Shown here in pieces: positions 24,944 to 39,349 of a stretch of DNA of 64,000 nucleotides. Where the stretch lies: positions 195,858,001 to 195,922,000 of the forward strand of contig OX597814.1 in the NCBI GenBank assembly GCA_951406725.2, written 5' to 3'. The notes beneath the pieces were generated by a model. It ran no database searches and was not told the origin of the DNA. It worked only from the letters and a program-made list of their open reading frames with translations. The DNA comes from Octopus vulgaris. Taxonomy: Eukaryota. The number at the start of each line of letters is the position of its first letter. Position 1 is the first letter of the stretch. Made by a program: the position numbers and the translations under genes.

Positions 24944-26301
24944 TGTATATAAGTACATACACACACATACTTATATGAAAAAAAAAATATATATATATAT
25001 ATGGGTATATATACATATATATTCACACGGATGCTACGTTTCATAATCTCCGATATAAATAATAAAATTACATATATTAGCCAGAAAAGTCCGCAATATA
25101 TATATACATATATACCTGCATATACCACAGATAGCCGTGAATTATGAGATAGCAAAAGCTTGTTAAGGGGAGCCACACTTTTCCTAATTGTTCAGATGCT
25201 TACGTAGTCGAGAGAGGTTATCCACAACGTCTCCGCCCTACAACCCTTGATCTAACAGAACTTCCAGGACATGATTTTACAATTGGCAGAGACAAGGCTG
25301 CCCTCCCGCCCACTTGTTACTCATTACACAACATACCTCCCTGTCCTTGAATTGAACCTAGGACCTCAGCGTTACAAACATTGGAAACACACACCGCTAA
25401 ACCACATACCCTCCCATACTTACACATATATTCTAATTATTTGCTAGAAATTGTATATATCGGTTTCAATTCGAAACCGATATATACAATTTCGGTAGTA
25501 ATTCGAATACACTTGCCCGAGGGCTCGACTGGTAATCATTTTATCAACCCCCCACGAAAAGTTAAAAGGCAAAGTCAACTACAGCAGAATTTGAACTCAG
25601 AACGTAAAGACAGACAAAATGGCGCTATGCATTCTGCCCCCTCGGCGCCCTAGAAATTGTATCTTTTTAATTAACGACTTATCCATTGTTTGTAGTTACA
25701 ATGTATATTCTAAGTGTTATAACGTTTACTCTAAGAATAGAGAACCCCAACGAATTTTTATTGTAACAAAATCTCCTCAATCTACATCTTTTTAGTTACC
25801 CAGTTTAATTTCTCAACAGAAAGCTAATAAAACCAATTACAAACTCATCCTTATTCTGATCTATCTTCTCATCATGGGTATTGTCAGTAAATATTCCTTT
25901 GTGAATCCTAAAACAACAGAAAATGCAATTATATATACGAAGAATGACTTCATCATAATACGACACTTCCTAACTAAAACCTAAACAGTAACAAAATTCC
26001 TATATCAAACAAAAATAACTCGCTTAACCTTTCTTACAAGTGTATACTTTCTTCCTATCAATTTTCATTTACGTAACGTATAATTTCCTTCTGTCCTTCC
26101 CTGTACTTTACGCCCACCATACACAAGTACATCTGCTTGTCTAAATCAGGCGTAATTGTCATATTACCATGACACCTTCTAACAAATACCCAAAGACATT
26201 ATAAAGTCAGAATCAATCAAGGTAAATACCAATCTGACGAAGGTGAGCAAGCAAAAACGTCGTAGTAATTGCCGATATTGCAAAAGTTGAAGTGTGTGTA
26301 T

Positions 26302-26359
<58 letters not shown>

Positions 26360-27735
26360 CTGTATGTATGTATGTATGTATGTATGTATGTATGTATGTA
26401 TGCTTGTATGTATGTATATATATATATATGCATCCATGTGTCTTTCTGTTAGCTCACCACCACCCACATCACCACCATATCTTCACAACCAGTGTTGGTC
26501 TGTTTATGTTCCCGTAACTTAGCGCTTCGGCAAATACATTCTGGGTTGAATTGTTTGCCCAAGCCTGTCAAGGCGCTGCTCCAACATGACCGTAATCGAA
26601 TGAATGAAACAAGTGAGAGAATAAATATTATATACATACATATATATATATATATGAATATATAGTTATATATATATACACACACGAAGATATATATATA
26701 TGGGTATATATACATATATATATATGTATAGACGAATATATATATATATACATATATAAATAGATGCATATACATATATATGAATATATATATATATATA
26801 TGTATTTATATAAATATAAACATAAATATATAATATATATATTGATAGATAAATGGATACATAGATGTATGTACACATACATGTATATAAATACATATAT
26901 ACATATATGTATAAATGTTTATATTTATATATATATGTGTATATCTATGTATGTATCCTATTAGGCATTATAATAAATGACAAAGCAGTATTTAAAACGG
27001 AATTTCAAGTTAGATTTGCTGCGATATTATATAAATCAACCTCATCATAATGATCAATCGCAGCAATATGACAACTAAATCTATGTAATCGAAGATCATA
27101 AATACTAGATATAGCAGCAAATTTCTCATAAAAACAATTTTCCGTATTTCTAATTATTTCTGAACGAATGGCCCAGCGCTTCGTTGAATTTTGCAGCTGA
27201 CCATAACGTTATGTTCAAATATACTCCTAATTGTACAAATTCTGGTAATATAGCCATGTATAATAACAGGGCTGTCGTACAGACTGTTTCAAAGAGTTCA
27301 TCCGGTGTTAGCAATTACAACGAGATACACAGAAAGATTTATGCTTTCATTGAAAAAATCGCTGTAGGTTGTTGCATTAACAGAAGGCACTTTCACTCTG
27401 TTTATGATATATTAGATGTATTATTCTGAGCGGAACATTATCTAAATTAATACATTGTGGTGTATTGCGGGAGCCATGCGATAGATACATTTTGAAGTTA
27501 GGAGAGAAAGCAAACCAAAAATGTATCCGACGCCGTCTACTGTATTATGGTTCTGCTTTAAGCAAGCTATTGTTATATTGGCAAATTGGTTATTTCGCCT
27601 CACCAAACTGGTAATTATACCGCCTGGTATCCAAGACATGTTTAATGTGACTGTTAATCTAGATATAGAATATGTTTATAGAATTTTTGAACAATCTGAT
27701 ATACAGATACATATATACACACAGAAACATATATG

Positions 27736-27791
<56 letters not shown>

Positions 27792-28273
27792 CACATACAT
27801 AAATGCATGTATAGAGAGGTAAGTAGAGAAAGAGAGAGATAGAGGGATAGAAAAAGTGAGAGATAGACAAATATAACGCGCGTACATATCTCCATATTTA
27901 CATATCTCCATATATACCTGATATATATTTGTCTATCTATCCATCCATTCATCCATCCATCCGTTCGTCTGTTCGTCCGTCCGTCCGTCCGTCCGTCTGT
28001 CTGTCTCTCTTAATCTCTCTCCTGTCTGTCTATTTCTCTGTCTCTCTATCTATCTATCTGTCTGTCTATCTATCATATATGTATCACATGATTTGAATGT
28101 AGATGATCTCCAGTACGTTGATAGGTGCACGAGGTGTTTCTGATCGATTATCTTATTTGTAATGGATATTAATTCTGGTGGCAATATCTTATTAACCAGA
28201 ATGCTCTATATGTTTTATATCTATCTATCTATCTATCTCTCTCTCTATATCTATATCTATCTATCTATATGTA

Positions 28274-28333
<60 letters not shown>

Positions 28334-28369
28334 GATATGTATATCTATCTATCTATCTATCTATATGTA

Positions 28370-28400
<31 letters not shown>

Positions 28401-28471
28401 ATCTATATCTATATATTTATCTATCTATCTATATCTATCTATATCTATCTATCTATCTATTTATCTATCTA

Positions 28472-28561
<90 letters not shown>

Positions 28562-30026
28562 TGATACACAGTTAATATTGCTGCATATACACAGTGAAAA
28601 ACTATATAACTAAAATATTGAACACGTTTTCAATCAACTTCGAATATATTTTTTATATACGTATATTACATTAAATTATACTACGGCTGATGCACAGATT
28701 GCTAACATGTTTGTCAAAGTGAATATGTTATTTTGACAGCCGTATGATTGTGACCATTCTGCTGTATGATGTTTTGACTATTATAAGAAATGTTATTATG
28801 GTAAATACTGGACGATTTGTTGTTAATGCCTGCAACATTAAACGCTAGACCTATCTCGTTAGAAAGAACGTTATATATTTTACATTGGATTTCGAATAGG
28901 TTCCCCTTGAAATGTGTTATTCTTTGGAGTTTGATATATTTATGGAGAGTAAAATTTCTCCGTCAAATTGCAAACTGTCTCTCTGTCTTTCTTTCATACC
29001 TCTTCTCTCTCTCTCTTCCTCTTCCTCTGTCTCTCTTCCCTTTCCTCTTTCTCTGTCTCTTTCTCACTGCAGCCCGACGACTCAACTACTCTGTTTACGG
29101 AACTCGTTTCTATCACGCGTTCTTCTGAACTCTTAAGAACTCACATGTTGCTACAACAGACTGCATACACTTATATACACACATGCTCCCTCTGTCTCAC
29201 ACACACGCAAACAAACACGCACGCACACTCACACACAAACACACACACACGCAAACACACGCAACATTTAAAGTACACTACTAAAATAAGAGCTACCTGT
29301 ATTTAATGTGCACTGTATGAAAATAAGAGTCCCGTGTTGAGACACATGGTTAGGCTCGCTTTGCCTTGTGTCTTCAAGTAATCTTCAGACTCTAGGCACT
29401 TGTTTTTTTTTTGTTTTTGAAAATCAGGACGCTGGTACATGGGAAACTATGAGAAAAAACGAGAAGAATGTTGATACAAAACATTGAATGAGAATACAAA
29501 GAGTAAACAAAAACAGTCAAAGGAAGGAAAGAAAATTAGAGTTACGTACCCTTGGAGCCTATAGGTTGCTTGGAGACATAAGGTATGTTATAAAGATCTG
29601 CTTAACTAAGTGTCTCCATGGCATGAAACTATTAGTAGCTCTTATTTTGATTCAGTGTACATTAAATATTTATCTCTCAGTGGGTAGAGCATTCTTTTTC
29701 GTTCGTCTTTCTTTAACGGAACAGTAACTACACACACACACGTACACACACATACGAACATACACGCACACACATACACACATGCACACACACACTCATA
29801 CAGACCCACACACACATGCAGGTGCACACACATACGCCACACACCCACATACATACACGAACACACACATACACACACATGCACACACACACATGCACAC
29901 ACATACGCAGACGCATACACACACATACACACAGCAATGCACACACACATACACACACATACACACACGCACCAACACACCTATCACACACACACAGCAA
30001 CGCACACTCACAGAAATGCACGCATA

Positions 30027-31368
30027 AGGCGGTGAGCTGGCAGAAACGTTAGCACGCCGGGCAAAATGCATAGCGGTATTTCGTTTTCCTTTACGTTCTG
30101 CGTTCAAATTCCGCCGAGGTCGAATTTGCCTTTCATCCTTTCGGAGTCCATAAATTAAGTACCAGTTACGCACTGGGGTTGATGTAATCGACTTAATCCC
30201 TTTGTCCTTGTTTGCCCCCTCTATGTTTAGCCCCTTGTGGGCAATAAAGAAATAAGAAATGCCCCCATGTTAGATCTCACTTTCTAGCCGTTACAGCTTA
30301 CGATGGTCTCTCGCAGCAACTTCTGTATCTATCAATGGCCGATATGCATCTGAAAATAAGTCTTAGATTTCTATTAGGACTGGAAACTACTTCAGCTTTG
30401 ACAGCATTTTGACGCTTTGCAATGTACAAATGTGGTTCCTACTGGAGTCCTTAAGGCGGCGAGCTGGCAGAAACGTTAGCACGACGGGCGAAATGCTTAG
30501 CGTTATTTCGACTGCCATTACGTTCTGAGTTCAAATTCCGCCGAGGTCGACTTTGCCTTTCATCCTTTCGGGGTCGATTAAATGAGTACCAGTTACGCTC
30601 TGGGGTCGGTATAATCGAGTTAATCCGTTTGTCGGTTCTTGTTTTTTCCCCTCTGTGTTTAGCTCCTTGTGGGCAATAAAGAAATATATAGGAGATTTCA
30701 TGAGATCTTAGGATCGTGCCGCTGCCATACACACACGCATCCACGCACGCACACGTACACACATTTAGACTGCATACGAAAGGAGGCTATTTAAATGATT
30801 GCCTAACGCCACTATCTAAAATCTGGCCATTATCATCTCTTTATTTCCCTTCTCGTTCTACAACGACCTCTACTCTCCTAAACAGTCCTAGCTGTATTCA
30901 GCATCTCTCCATCCTGACATATGCACTTTATCGATATCTTCCTCTCTTCTCATGCCTATTTCTTTACTACCCACAAGGGGCTAAGCACAGAAAGGACAAA
31001 CAAGGACAGACAAACGGATTAAGTCGATTACATCGACCCCCAGTGCGTAACTGGTACTTAATTTATCGACCCCGAAAGGATGAAAGGCAAAGTCAGCCTC
31101 GGCGGAATTTGAACTTGGAACATAATGACAGATGAAATACTTATTTCTTTTACTACACACAAGGGGCTAAGCACAGAGGGGGACAAACGAGGACAGACAA
31201 ACGGATTAAGTCGATTACATCGACCCCCAGTGCGTAACTGGTATTTATTTTATCGACCCCGAAAGGATGAAAGGCAAAGTCGACCTCGGCAGAATTTGCA
31301 CTCAGAACGTAACGGCTGACGAAATACTGCTAAGCATTTCGCCCGGCGTGCTAACAATTCTGCCAGCT
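30027..31368. mobile_element. Three SINE family 1 copies (30027-30255 +, 30453-30685 +, 30958-31368 -)
   Basis: Head and core motifs as above. Confidence 0.85.
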
Positions 31369-31780
31369 CCAAACCTACAGCAACTTGCTCATCTCTCCGA
31401 TCTCGTGCTAAACACTTTATCAAATCCCTCCTTTTGTGATCCATTATAGTCTCTTCCTTGCTCACACCACGTGCCCCCTGACATCATCGACCTCGTACAA
31501 GAGACACCCACGCCTCTTTCAGTAAGCTAATGAAATAACAGCTACATCTAAAATTACATTTCCTTTACTATGATGTAATAAAAAATAAAAGAGATCGAGC
31601 TACGTCTCTTTTAAGTCTTCACATTTTATTTCTTACTTCAGAGCAAAAAGGACATATATTTTAACAAACCAAAAAGAGGTGAACACTTCCCGGAAATGTC
31701 ATCCCTTCAAAGGATGTCCTCTACAGAGTGACATCTCTTTTGATACCTCATATGACGGTGGTGGTAATAATAATAATAAT

Positions 31781-31831
<51 letters not shown>

Positions 31832-32824
31832 CCGCTGTTGAACATCGTTGACACTATAAAACTGATAGATTGAAAGAACATTAAAGAGAATCTGTTGTGG
31901 ATTTCCTGCAACACTGATAAGACATTAAGCGAAGCAATTCGGTGAATATTTCGTTTGAAGAGATGAAATTTAAAAACATGTTAAAGAGTGTAGAGGGGAA
32001 TAAAAACATAAAGGTTTAAAAACGCCGGGAACGGTGTGATGTGGAAATATTGAACAAAGGAACATTGTTTTAATAAGGAGGAGACTAGAGCCATCGTTTG
32101 AGTAAAAAGCAGCGAACTTTTTATAACAGTTGAGAGGCCACAGGATATTAAAAAACAACTGGTGTGGGTGGAAGATTGGCAATGAGTTTGTTCGATACAG
32201 CGATAAAAATAATCAATTCTCAACACGTATTGGTTTTAAGTATTTATACAATCAAATATATAAATTCACTCATGCAAGTAAATGTCTTATTGAAGCTGTG
32301 TATAGTTTGTGATTCTATCGCTGTGTACTATATAATATGACGTTTAAAAATCAATGGAACGTTTGAATAACATGAAGTTTCAGATGTTTTAGGAGATGAA
32401 TAACAAACATACAATTATGTAAGTTCTTTACATCTCTAAAGATGTCAAACGTGTAATTCATCTGTCTGTTCTTACTGGTGCTTCGGTTGTAATTACGCTT
32501 GATAATATTACGGGAACTTGGTGGAGGGTCTTGGTTTAGTGGTGACGATGTTGCACGCATGATCATAAGATAACGTTGTGCTTTCTATCCCTGGATCGGT
32601 TGATGCATCGTGTGCTTGGGTAAAGCATTTCATTTCATGTTGGTCCACTCAGCTGGCAAAAATGAGTAATCCAGCGACGGATCAGCGTCTTGTCCAGGTC
32701 AGGGAAGAAATTTAAACGTCTCAGAATCCTAAAACTGCCTTATTACATGAAGATAGATACACTACTTAACTGTTATAATTATTAACTACAATAATTAGTA
32801 TATTTCAATATATTTATTGATCGA

Positions 32825-33495
32825 GCAGGCAGAATCGTTGGCACGCCGAACAAAATGCTTAGCGGCATTTCATCCGTCATAACATTCTCAGATCAAATTT
32901 CACCGAGGTCGACTTTGCCTCTTCTCCTTTCGAGGGCGATAAATTAAGTACCAGCTACGTAGTGGGGTCGACCTAATCGACTGCCCCCCTCCCCCAAAAT
33001 TTCGGGCTTTGTGCCTAAAGTAGAAAAGAATATATTTGTTGATCGGGCAGACAGAATCGTTAGCACGACGGGCAAAATGCGTAGCGACATTTTGTCCGTC
33101 ACTACATTCTGAGTTCAAATTCCGCCGAGGTCGACGTTACCTTTCATCCTTTCGGAGTCGATAAAGCAAGCACTAGTTAAGCACTGGGATCGCTGTAATC
33201 GACTTACCCCTTTCCCAAAGTTGCAGGCCTTGTGCCAAAATTTGAAACCAATATGTTGAATATATATTTCTTTACTACCCACAAGGGGCTAAACATAGAG
33301 GGGACAAACAAGGACAGACAAAGGGATTAAGTCGACTACATCGACCCCAGTGCGTAACTGGTACTTTATTTATCGACCTCGAAAGGATGAAAGGCAAAGT
33401 CAACCTCGGCGGAATTTGAACTCGGAACGTAACGATAGACGAGATACGGCTGCGCATTTCGCCCGGCGTGCTAACGTTTCTGCCAGCTCGCCGCC
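32825..33495. mobile_element. Three SINE family 1 copies (two +, one -)
   Basis: Head and core motifs as above. Confidence 0.8.
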
Positions 33496-33717
33496 CTAAT
33501 ATATTGAATATAGAGACACCATATTTGCTATAAATGAACTTCCCTATTAATCGTTCAACCACTGAAATGTTTTACTATTTTACCAGAATAAAGGCACAGC
33601 AACTTAAGATAACTGGTCTCTATTCTGAATAGTATTTCAATCATAATTTCATTTGATTATATTTCGTTTTGGGATTTGGTTTGCAAGATTCTTTATATGA
33701 GTTCGTGTGTTGAAGCA

Positions 33718-33997
33718 TATTCTGTTGTGTCTGGGGAGAGTCATTTTCTTTTAGTGCCTTATAACATAACACACTCACCGGTAAAATTACCACTTTTTTC
33801 ATATTTTTATTTTCCTAAAATTTTCGTTGCATCTTGCAATCTTTTCGATAGTCTTGACTCAAGACCATTGAAAAGGTTGCAAGACGCAACGAAAATTTTA
33901 GGAAAATAAAAATATGAAAAAAGTGGTAATTTTACCGGTGAGTGTGTTACATAATAAGGTACAAAAAGAAATGACTCTCCCCACACACAACAGAATA
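33718..33997. mobile_element. Fold-back element (~140-bp imperfect arms) with central head-to-head hammerhead-like motifs (U3-A8 core)
   Basis: Inverted repeat centred at ~33858. Plus strand: cca-TTGAAAA-g-GTTGC-aagac-GCAAC-GAAA-at-TT-tag (33865-33901). Confidence 0.7.
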
Positions 33998-35851
33998 CAT
34001 TTGACTATATTACCTAAAATTTGTATCACGGATCCGTTCTCACAGGGAAACCAGTAGTTGTTTCTGTAGTTGACAACTCTTACTATGTTGACGTCAACAC
34101 TTAGTATAGTCAACTGTATTAAATAAAACGAGGTGTAGGAAATTTTAAGATGGATGTCATAACTTTTTGGACACGTCTCCTATATGACTGAGCATTACTA
34201 TTTATTAATACTATTGTATCAAATATACGTTATAGAAATCTATATATCTTTGACGACTAGAGGAGAGGTTTTGGTGCCAGTTAGAATTTAACAGTTAAAT
34301 TGTTGTCAATTTAAAGGTTAAAGTTTTGTAAGAATACAACCGCTGATAGCCAACATAGAAAGTGAGTGTCTTTGAAGATAGAATCAATATTGTTAACACT
34401 GGAGGATATAGACGTAGTTTTTGAACATTTTTATAAAATTGATAAATGGAAGTGATAGCAAGCCATCACATCGGAATAACACCTGAGTACACTGATATTT
34501 AGTCTTGCTTATTTCCCCCCTGATATGTCGTCATATGTCTATCCATTTATTTGCTCTTTATTGTATCTTTTGTCTAATCTATTCATCTAATCTCTGTTTA
34601 TTTTATTCTTTAGCTCTTTATTCATTTGTCTTTTTTCCCCCTCTGTGAATCTCTTTATCCTCTCTGTTCCATTTTTATGATTTATTTCTCTTGTTTCATT
34701 ATCTATAATTTATATTTATGTGTATTTCAATATTTTTTTTGCAGTAATTTTTAAATAATATCTTATATAAATATGATGAAATCTCTACTGGCGCAATGGC
34801 GAATCTCTGAACCAATTTCAATTCTCATTTGAAACTACTTCATTTTAAGTCACTAATTACGTTTAAAAATTTACAAGTACTTAACCAACATTGCCCTTGT
34901 GTCAATACAGCTTGTCATCTATCGATACTTTCCTAAAGAATAGCCAAGCAGAAACTATGAAAATTCGATGTGAGACTATTTATATCTTCTTTATGTGACA
35001 TACACAAATAATTGATCAGGATTATTTCTCAAATTTCCATTTCAACTAAAAGCTTTTATAACTGAATTTTAAAAATATTGGTGTACTGGACCGTACGCAT
35101 TAAATTTAATGTTTTTCACAAACACAATTCTTTAATTAGATTTTATCTGTTTGTATATTTGAAAAATATATCTCTACTTCACGCTTTCGTTGTAATTATG
35201 AAAGAACTCGGTATTAACATGGCTGCCTAAACATTCTGTTTGAACCAATCACCGATAGTACGTTTAATGATTTCAAAATAGAAAATGTATTTTTCTGAAC
35301 TAATGTAGGGTCACCGTACTTTGGTAGATTTGCAGTTAAGTTGAATGTCTTTTATCTTTTGCTTCTTTCAATCATCGATCTGCGATTGCACTTGGAGACG
35401 CCTTGAAGTCGAACTAATTAATCTCAGTAGTTACGGTACATAACTAACTACCGTGACTGAAGTCTGGTACATGTTCTATTGGTTTCCTTACCGATTAGAT
35501 AATTTACAAGGATGTAAACAAAGCAATGCTGGTCCTCAAGCAGCGGGGGTGGGAGACAAATACATTGCACAAACATGCATAAACACACACACACACATAC
35601 ATGCATACATACACACATATATGCATACATATATACATACATACATACATAAATACATACATACATACATACACACACATACACATATATACACATACAA
35701 AAGGCTTCCGCGCAATTTCTGTCTATGAAATTCATTCATAAAGCAACGGTCGGGCAGAGCTATAGTAAAAGACACTTGCCCAAGATGGTGCAGAGTGGAA
35801 CTGAACCCAAAAAGCCACATAGGCATACCTGCACCTATATATATATAAATA

Positions 35852-35917
<66 letters not shown>

Positions 35918-35935
35918 CATGTATGTATGTATGTG

Positions 35936-35978
<43 letters not shown>

Positions 35979-35982
35979 GTAG

Positions 35983-36250
35983 TGGAGATACATGGCTTAG
36001 TGGTTATAGCAGCGGACTCGCGGTCGAAGAATCGCGGGTTCGGATCTCAGACCGGGCGATGACTGTGCTTATGAGCGAAGCACCTAAGCTTCACGTGGCT
36101 CCGGCAGAAGGTAACGGCTCTTTCTACTGACTCTTTGACCACGACTTTCTCTCACTCTCTCCTCCTGCATCTTTCAGGTGGGGAACCTTTACGCCAATGG
36201 TACCGAGAAACGGGCCCCTATGAACCAGGCATGGCTCGAGAAGGAACAAG
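35983..36250 (+). mobile_element. tRNA-derived SINE (family 3-related)
   Basis: tggcttagtggttatagcagcggactcgcgg...ggttcggatctc; (AAC)n tail. Confidence 0.7.
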
Positions 36251-36257
36251 CAATAAC

Positions 36258-36335
<78 letters not shown>

Positions 36336-36429
36336 TGCGTGTGACCTAGAGCATAGGCCGCACAAACTACGGCCCGCGACGTCAATTTGTCCGGCCCGCC
36401 GTCGTATGCTGAAAAAAAAAACATGCTTA

Positions 36430-36833
36430 GGAGTGGCTGTGTGGTAAGTAGCTTGCTTACTAACCACATGGTTCCGGGTTCAGACCCACTGCGTGGCACC
36501 TTGGGCAAGTGTCTTCTGCTATAGCCTCGGCCGACCAATGCCTTGTGAGTGGATTTGGTAGACGGAAACTGAAAGAAGCCCGTCGTATATATCTATATAT
36601 ATGTGTGTGTGTGTGTGTGTTTGTGTGTGTGTGTTTGTCCCCCCAACATCGCTCGACAACCGATGCCGGTGTGTTTACGTCCCCGTTACTTAGCGGTTCG
36701 GTATAAGTGACCGATAGAATAAGTACTGGGCTTACAAAGAATAAGTCCCGGGGTCGATTTGCTCGACTAAAAGGCGGTGCTCCAGCATGGCCGCAGTCAA
36801 CTGACTGAAACAAGTAAAAGAGAGTAAAAGAGT
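36430..36833 (+). mobile_element. SINE family 2 (tRNA head, ccttgggcaagt core, internal microsatellite)
   Basis: ggagtggctgtgtggtaag...gggttcagaccc...ccagcatggccgcagtc; further copies at ~35380-35830, 40290-40700, 40845-41830 (split), 43250-43657. Confidence 0.85.
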
Positions 36834-37524
36834 ATGCTTCTTATACTGCTTAGATTACGCATGTATACTGAGTCAGTCACGTCATGCGCTATGTATTTCA
36901 CGCGCCATAATAATTACTACAGTACATCACGTGTGCCTCAGGCTTGTCAGTTTTTTTTTCTTTTTTTTCTTCTTGTTCCAGCTCAGAGCTGCGGCCATGC
37001 TGATGCACCGCTGTTTAGAATATGGAACGCTTCACGAATTTGCGTGTCATCCTTGCGCAGTTATTAGTGATTACAATTAAAATGAGTATATCTGACACCG
37101 AGGTCTAAGACTACTTTTGTTTTTATTCACCCAGCGTTATGGCTACAAGGAAGAGAAAGGTTGATGATGTATATCGCATTTTCAATAAAGAATGGGGAGA
37201 AAAGTACTTCTTTGGGGAAACAAACGGCTAGAAAGCTAGTTGCTTGATATGCAACGAAAGTGTTTGCTGTTATGAAAGAGTTCAATATCCGTTGATACTA
37301 CGAAGCAAAACATCTTTCAACACATTCTAAATATTCTGGAAAGTTGCGACCCGAGAAATTTGAATCTATGAAACGTAGTTAGGAATCTCGAAGGAATTTC
37401 TTTACGAAAAAGTTTGTTGAAAATGAATCTACTATTTATGTAAGTTACATGTAAGTGAATAAGTTGGCAGAGCGAGGAAAACCATTTTCGACGGAAACTT
37501 TATAAAAGAGTAATAATTTATATT

Positions 37525-37940
37525 AAGGTGGCGAGCTGGCAGAACCGTTAGTACGCCGGGAGAAATGCTTAGCAGTATTTCGTCTGCCGCTACGTTCTGA
37601 GTTCAAATTCCGCCGAGGTCGACTTTGCCTTTCATCCTTTCGGGGTCGATTAAATAAGTACCAGTTACGCACTGGGGTCGATATAATCGACTTAATCCGT
37701 TTGTCTACCCTTGTTTGTCCTCTCTGTGTGTAGCCCCTTGTGGGTAGTAAAGAAATAGGTATTTCGTCTGCCGCTACTTTCTAAGTTCAAATTCCGCCGA
37801 GGCTGACTTTGCCTTTCATCCTTTCGGGGTCGATTAAATAAGTACCAGTAACGCACTGGGGTCGATATAATCGACTTAATCCGTTTTCTGTCCTTGTTAG
37901 TCCGCTTTGTGTGTAGGCCCTTGTGGGCAGTAAAGAAATA
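37525..37940 (+). mobile_element. SINE family 1 dimer inserted in hAT transposase
   Basis: Target-site duplication aaactttataaaagagt on both sides. Confidence 0.9.
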
Positions 37941-38469
37941 GAAAACTTTATAAAAGAGTGCATGATGGAAACAGCAAATGACTTGTTTTCCTGAAAAAGC
38001 TAACATATTTGGCTGTATCAGCCTTTCAACAAGTTCAGTTGTGCGGAGAATAGAAGAACTTGGGGAGAATATACAGTTACAAATACATGAGAAAGCTTAG
38101 AAATGTTTGTGGTATTCTGTTGCAATAGATGATTCTACTGATCCCTCTAGTACGTCACAATGTCTTGTCTTAATTACAATTGTGAGATTATAGAAGAAAT
38201 GGCATACGTTTGCAGTATACATCGAACAAAAACTGGAGAAATATTTTTATAGAGGCGCAGAAAATTTTGCAAAACTATAACGTTCAGTGGAAGCAGCTTC
38301 AGTGTATTACAGTTGATGGAGGTAAAAACATGGCAGGAGTGAGGAAGGATTTTGTAGGGCAGATCCAGACCAAGTTGGAGGAGCTTCAACTTCCGAAAGC
38401 ACTGTTTATACACTGCATTATACATCAGCAAGCACTCTGACGAAAATACTTAGATATTTCTTGCGTATT

Positions 38470-38850
38470 GGAAGCACTCCGTCGGTGTACGACGACGAGG
38501 GTTCCGGTTGATCCGATCAACGGAACAGCTTGTTCGTGAAATTAACGTGTAAGTGGCTGAGCACTCCACAGACACGTGTATCCTTAACGTAGTTCTCGGG
38601 GATATTCAGCGTGACACAGAGAGTGACAAGGCCGGCCCTTTGAAATACAGGTACAACAGAAACAGGAAGTAACAGTGAGAGAAAGTTGTGGCGAAAGAGT
38701 ACAGTAGGGATCACCACCATCCCTGCCGGAGCCTCGTGGAGCTTTAGGTGTTTTCGCTCAATAAACACTCACAACGCCCGGTCTGGGAATCGAAACCGCG
38801 ATCCTACGACCGCGAGTCCGCTGCCCTAACCACTTGGCTATTGCGCCTCC
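38470..38850 (-). mobile_element. SINE family 3 inserted in hAT transposase
   Basis: TSD ttcttgcgtatt at 38458-38469 and 38852-38863. Confidence 0.9.
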
Positions 38851-39349
38851 GTTCTTGCGTATTATAACCGGTTATAACTGTGGTGAACTTCATTCGGAAT
38901 CATGGGCTTAATCACCGACAGTTCCAGGCTTTCTTTGAAGAAATGGATTCTAATTTCTGTGACTTGCCTTACTACACAGAAGTGACATCGCTCAGTTGTG
39001 GTAAAGTCCTGTTCGTTTTTATAAGTTCCGAAAAGAAATAGATCTTTTTCTCACCGAAAAGAATAGATCTGATCGACTGCTGTCAGATCCTTCATGGTAA
39101 TCAAAGTTGTCATTTTTAGTTGACGTTATTTCTCATATGAATGAATTGAATTTAAAAGTGCAAGGAAAGAATAACCTTGTCTGTGATCTCCGCATAATTA
39201 ATACAGCATTTCGGGGGAAAGCTAGCATTGTTTGAAGTACAACATGAAGGAGGAAACGTCTCTCATTTTCCGTGTTTTCAAGAGTTTTGCACAGAAAATG
39301 TGGAACATATTGACCTCGAGTTTCAGAAAAAAAATATTCGTGAGATTCT

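Larger units (their letters stand above)
36352..39345 (+). mobile_element. Decayed hAT (Charlie/SPIN/GTF2IRD2-like) DNA transposon interrupted by three SINEs
   Basis: Subterminal caaactacggcccgcg at ~36361. Transposase from 37139: MATRKRKVDD..RIFNKEWGEKYFF...CLIC; later ITVDGGKNMAG and HCIIHQQAL. Many stops and frameshifts. Confidence 0.85.
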
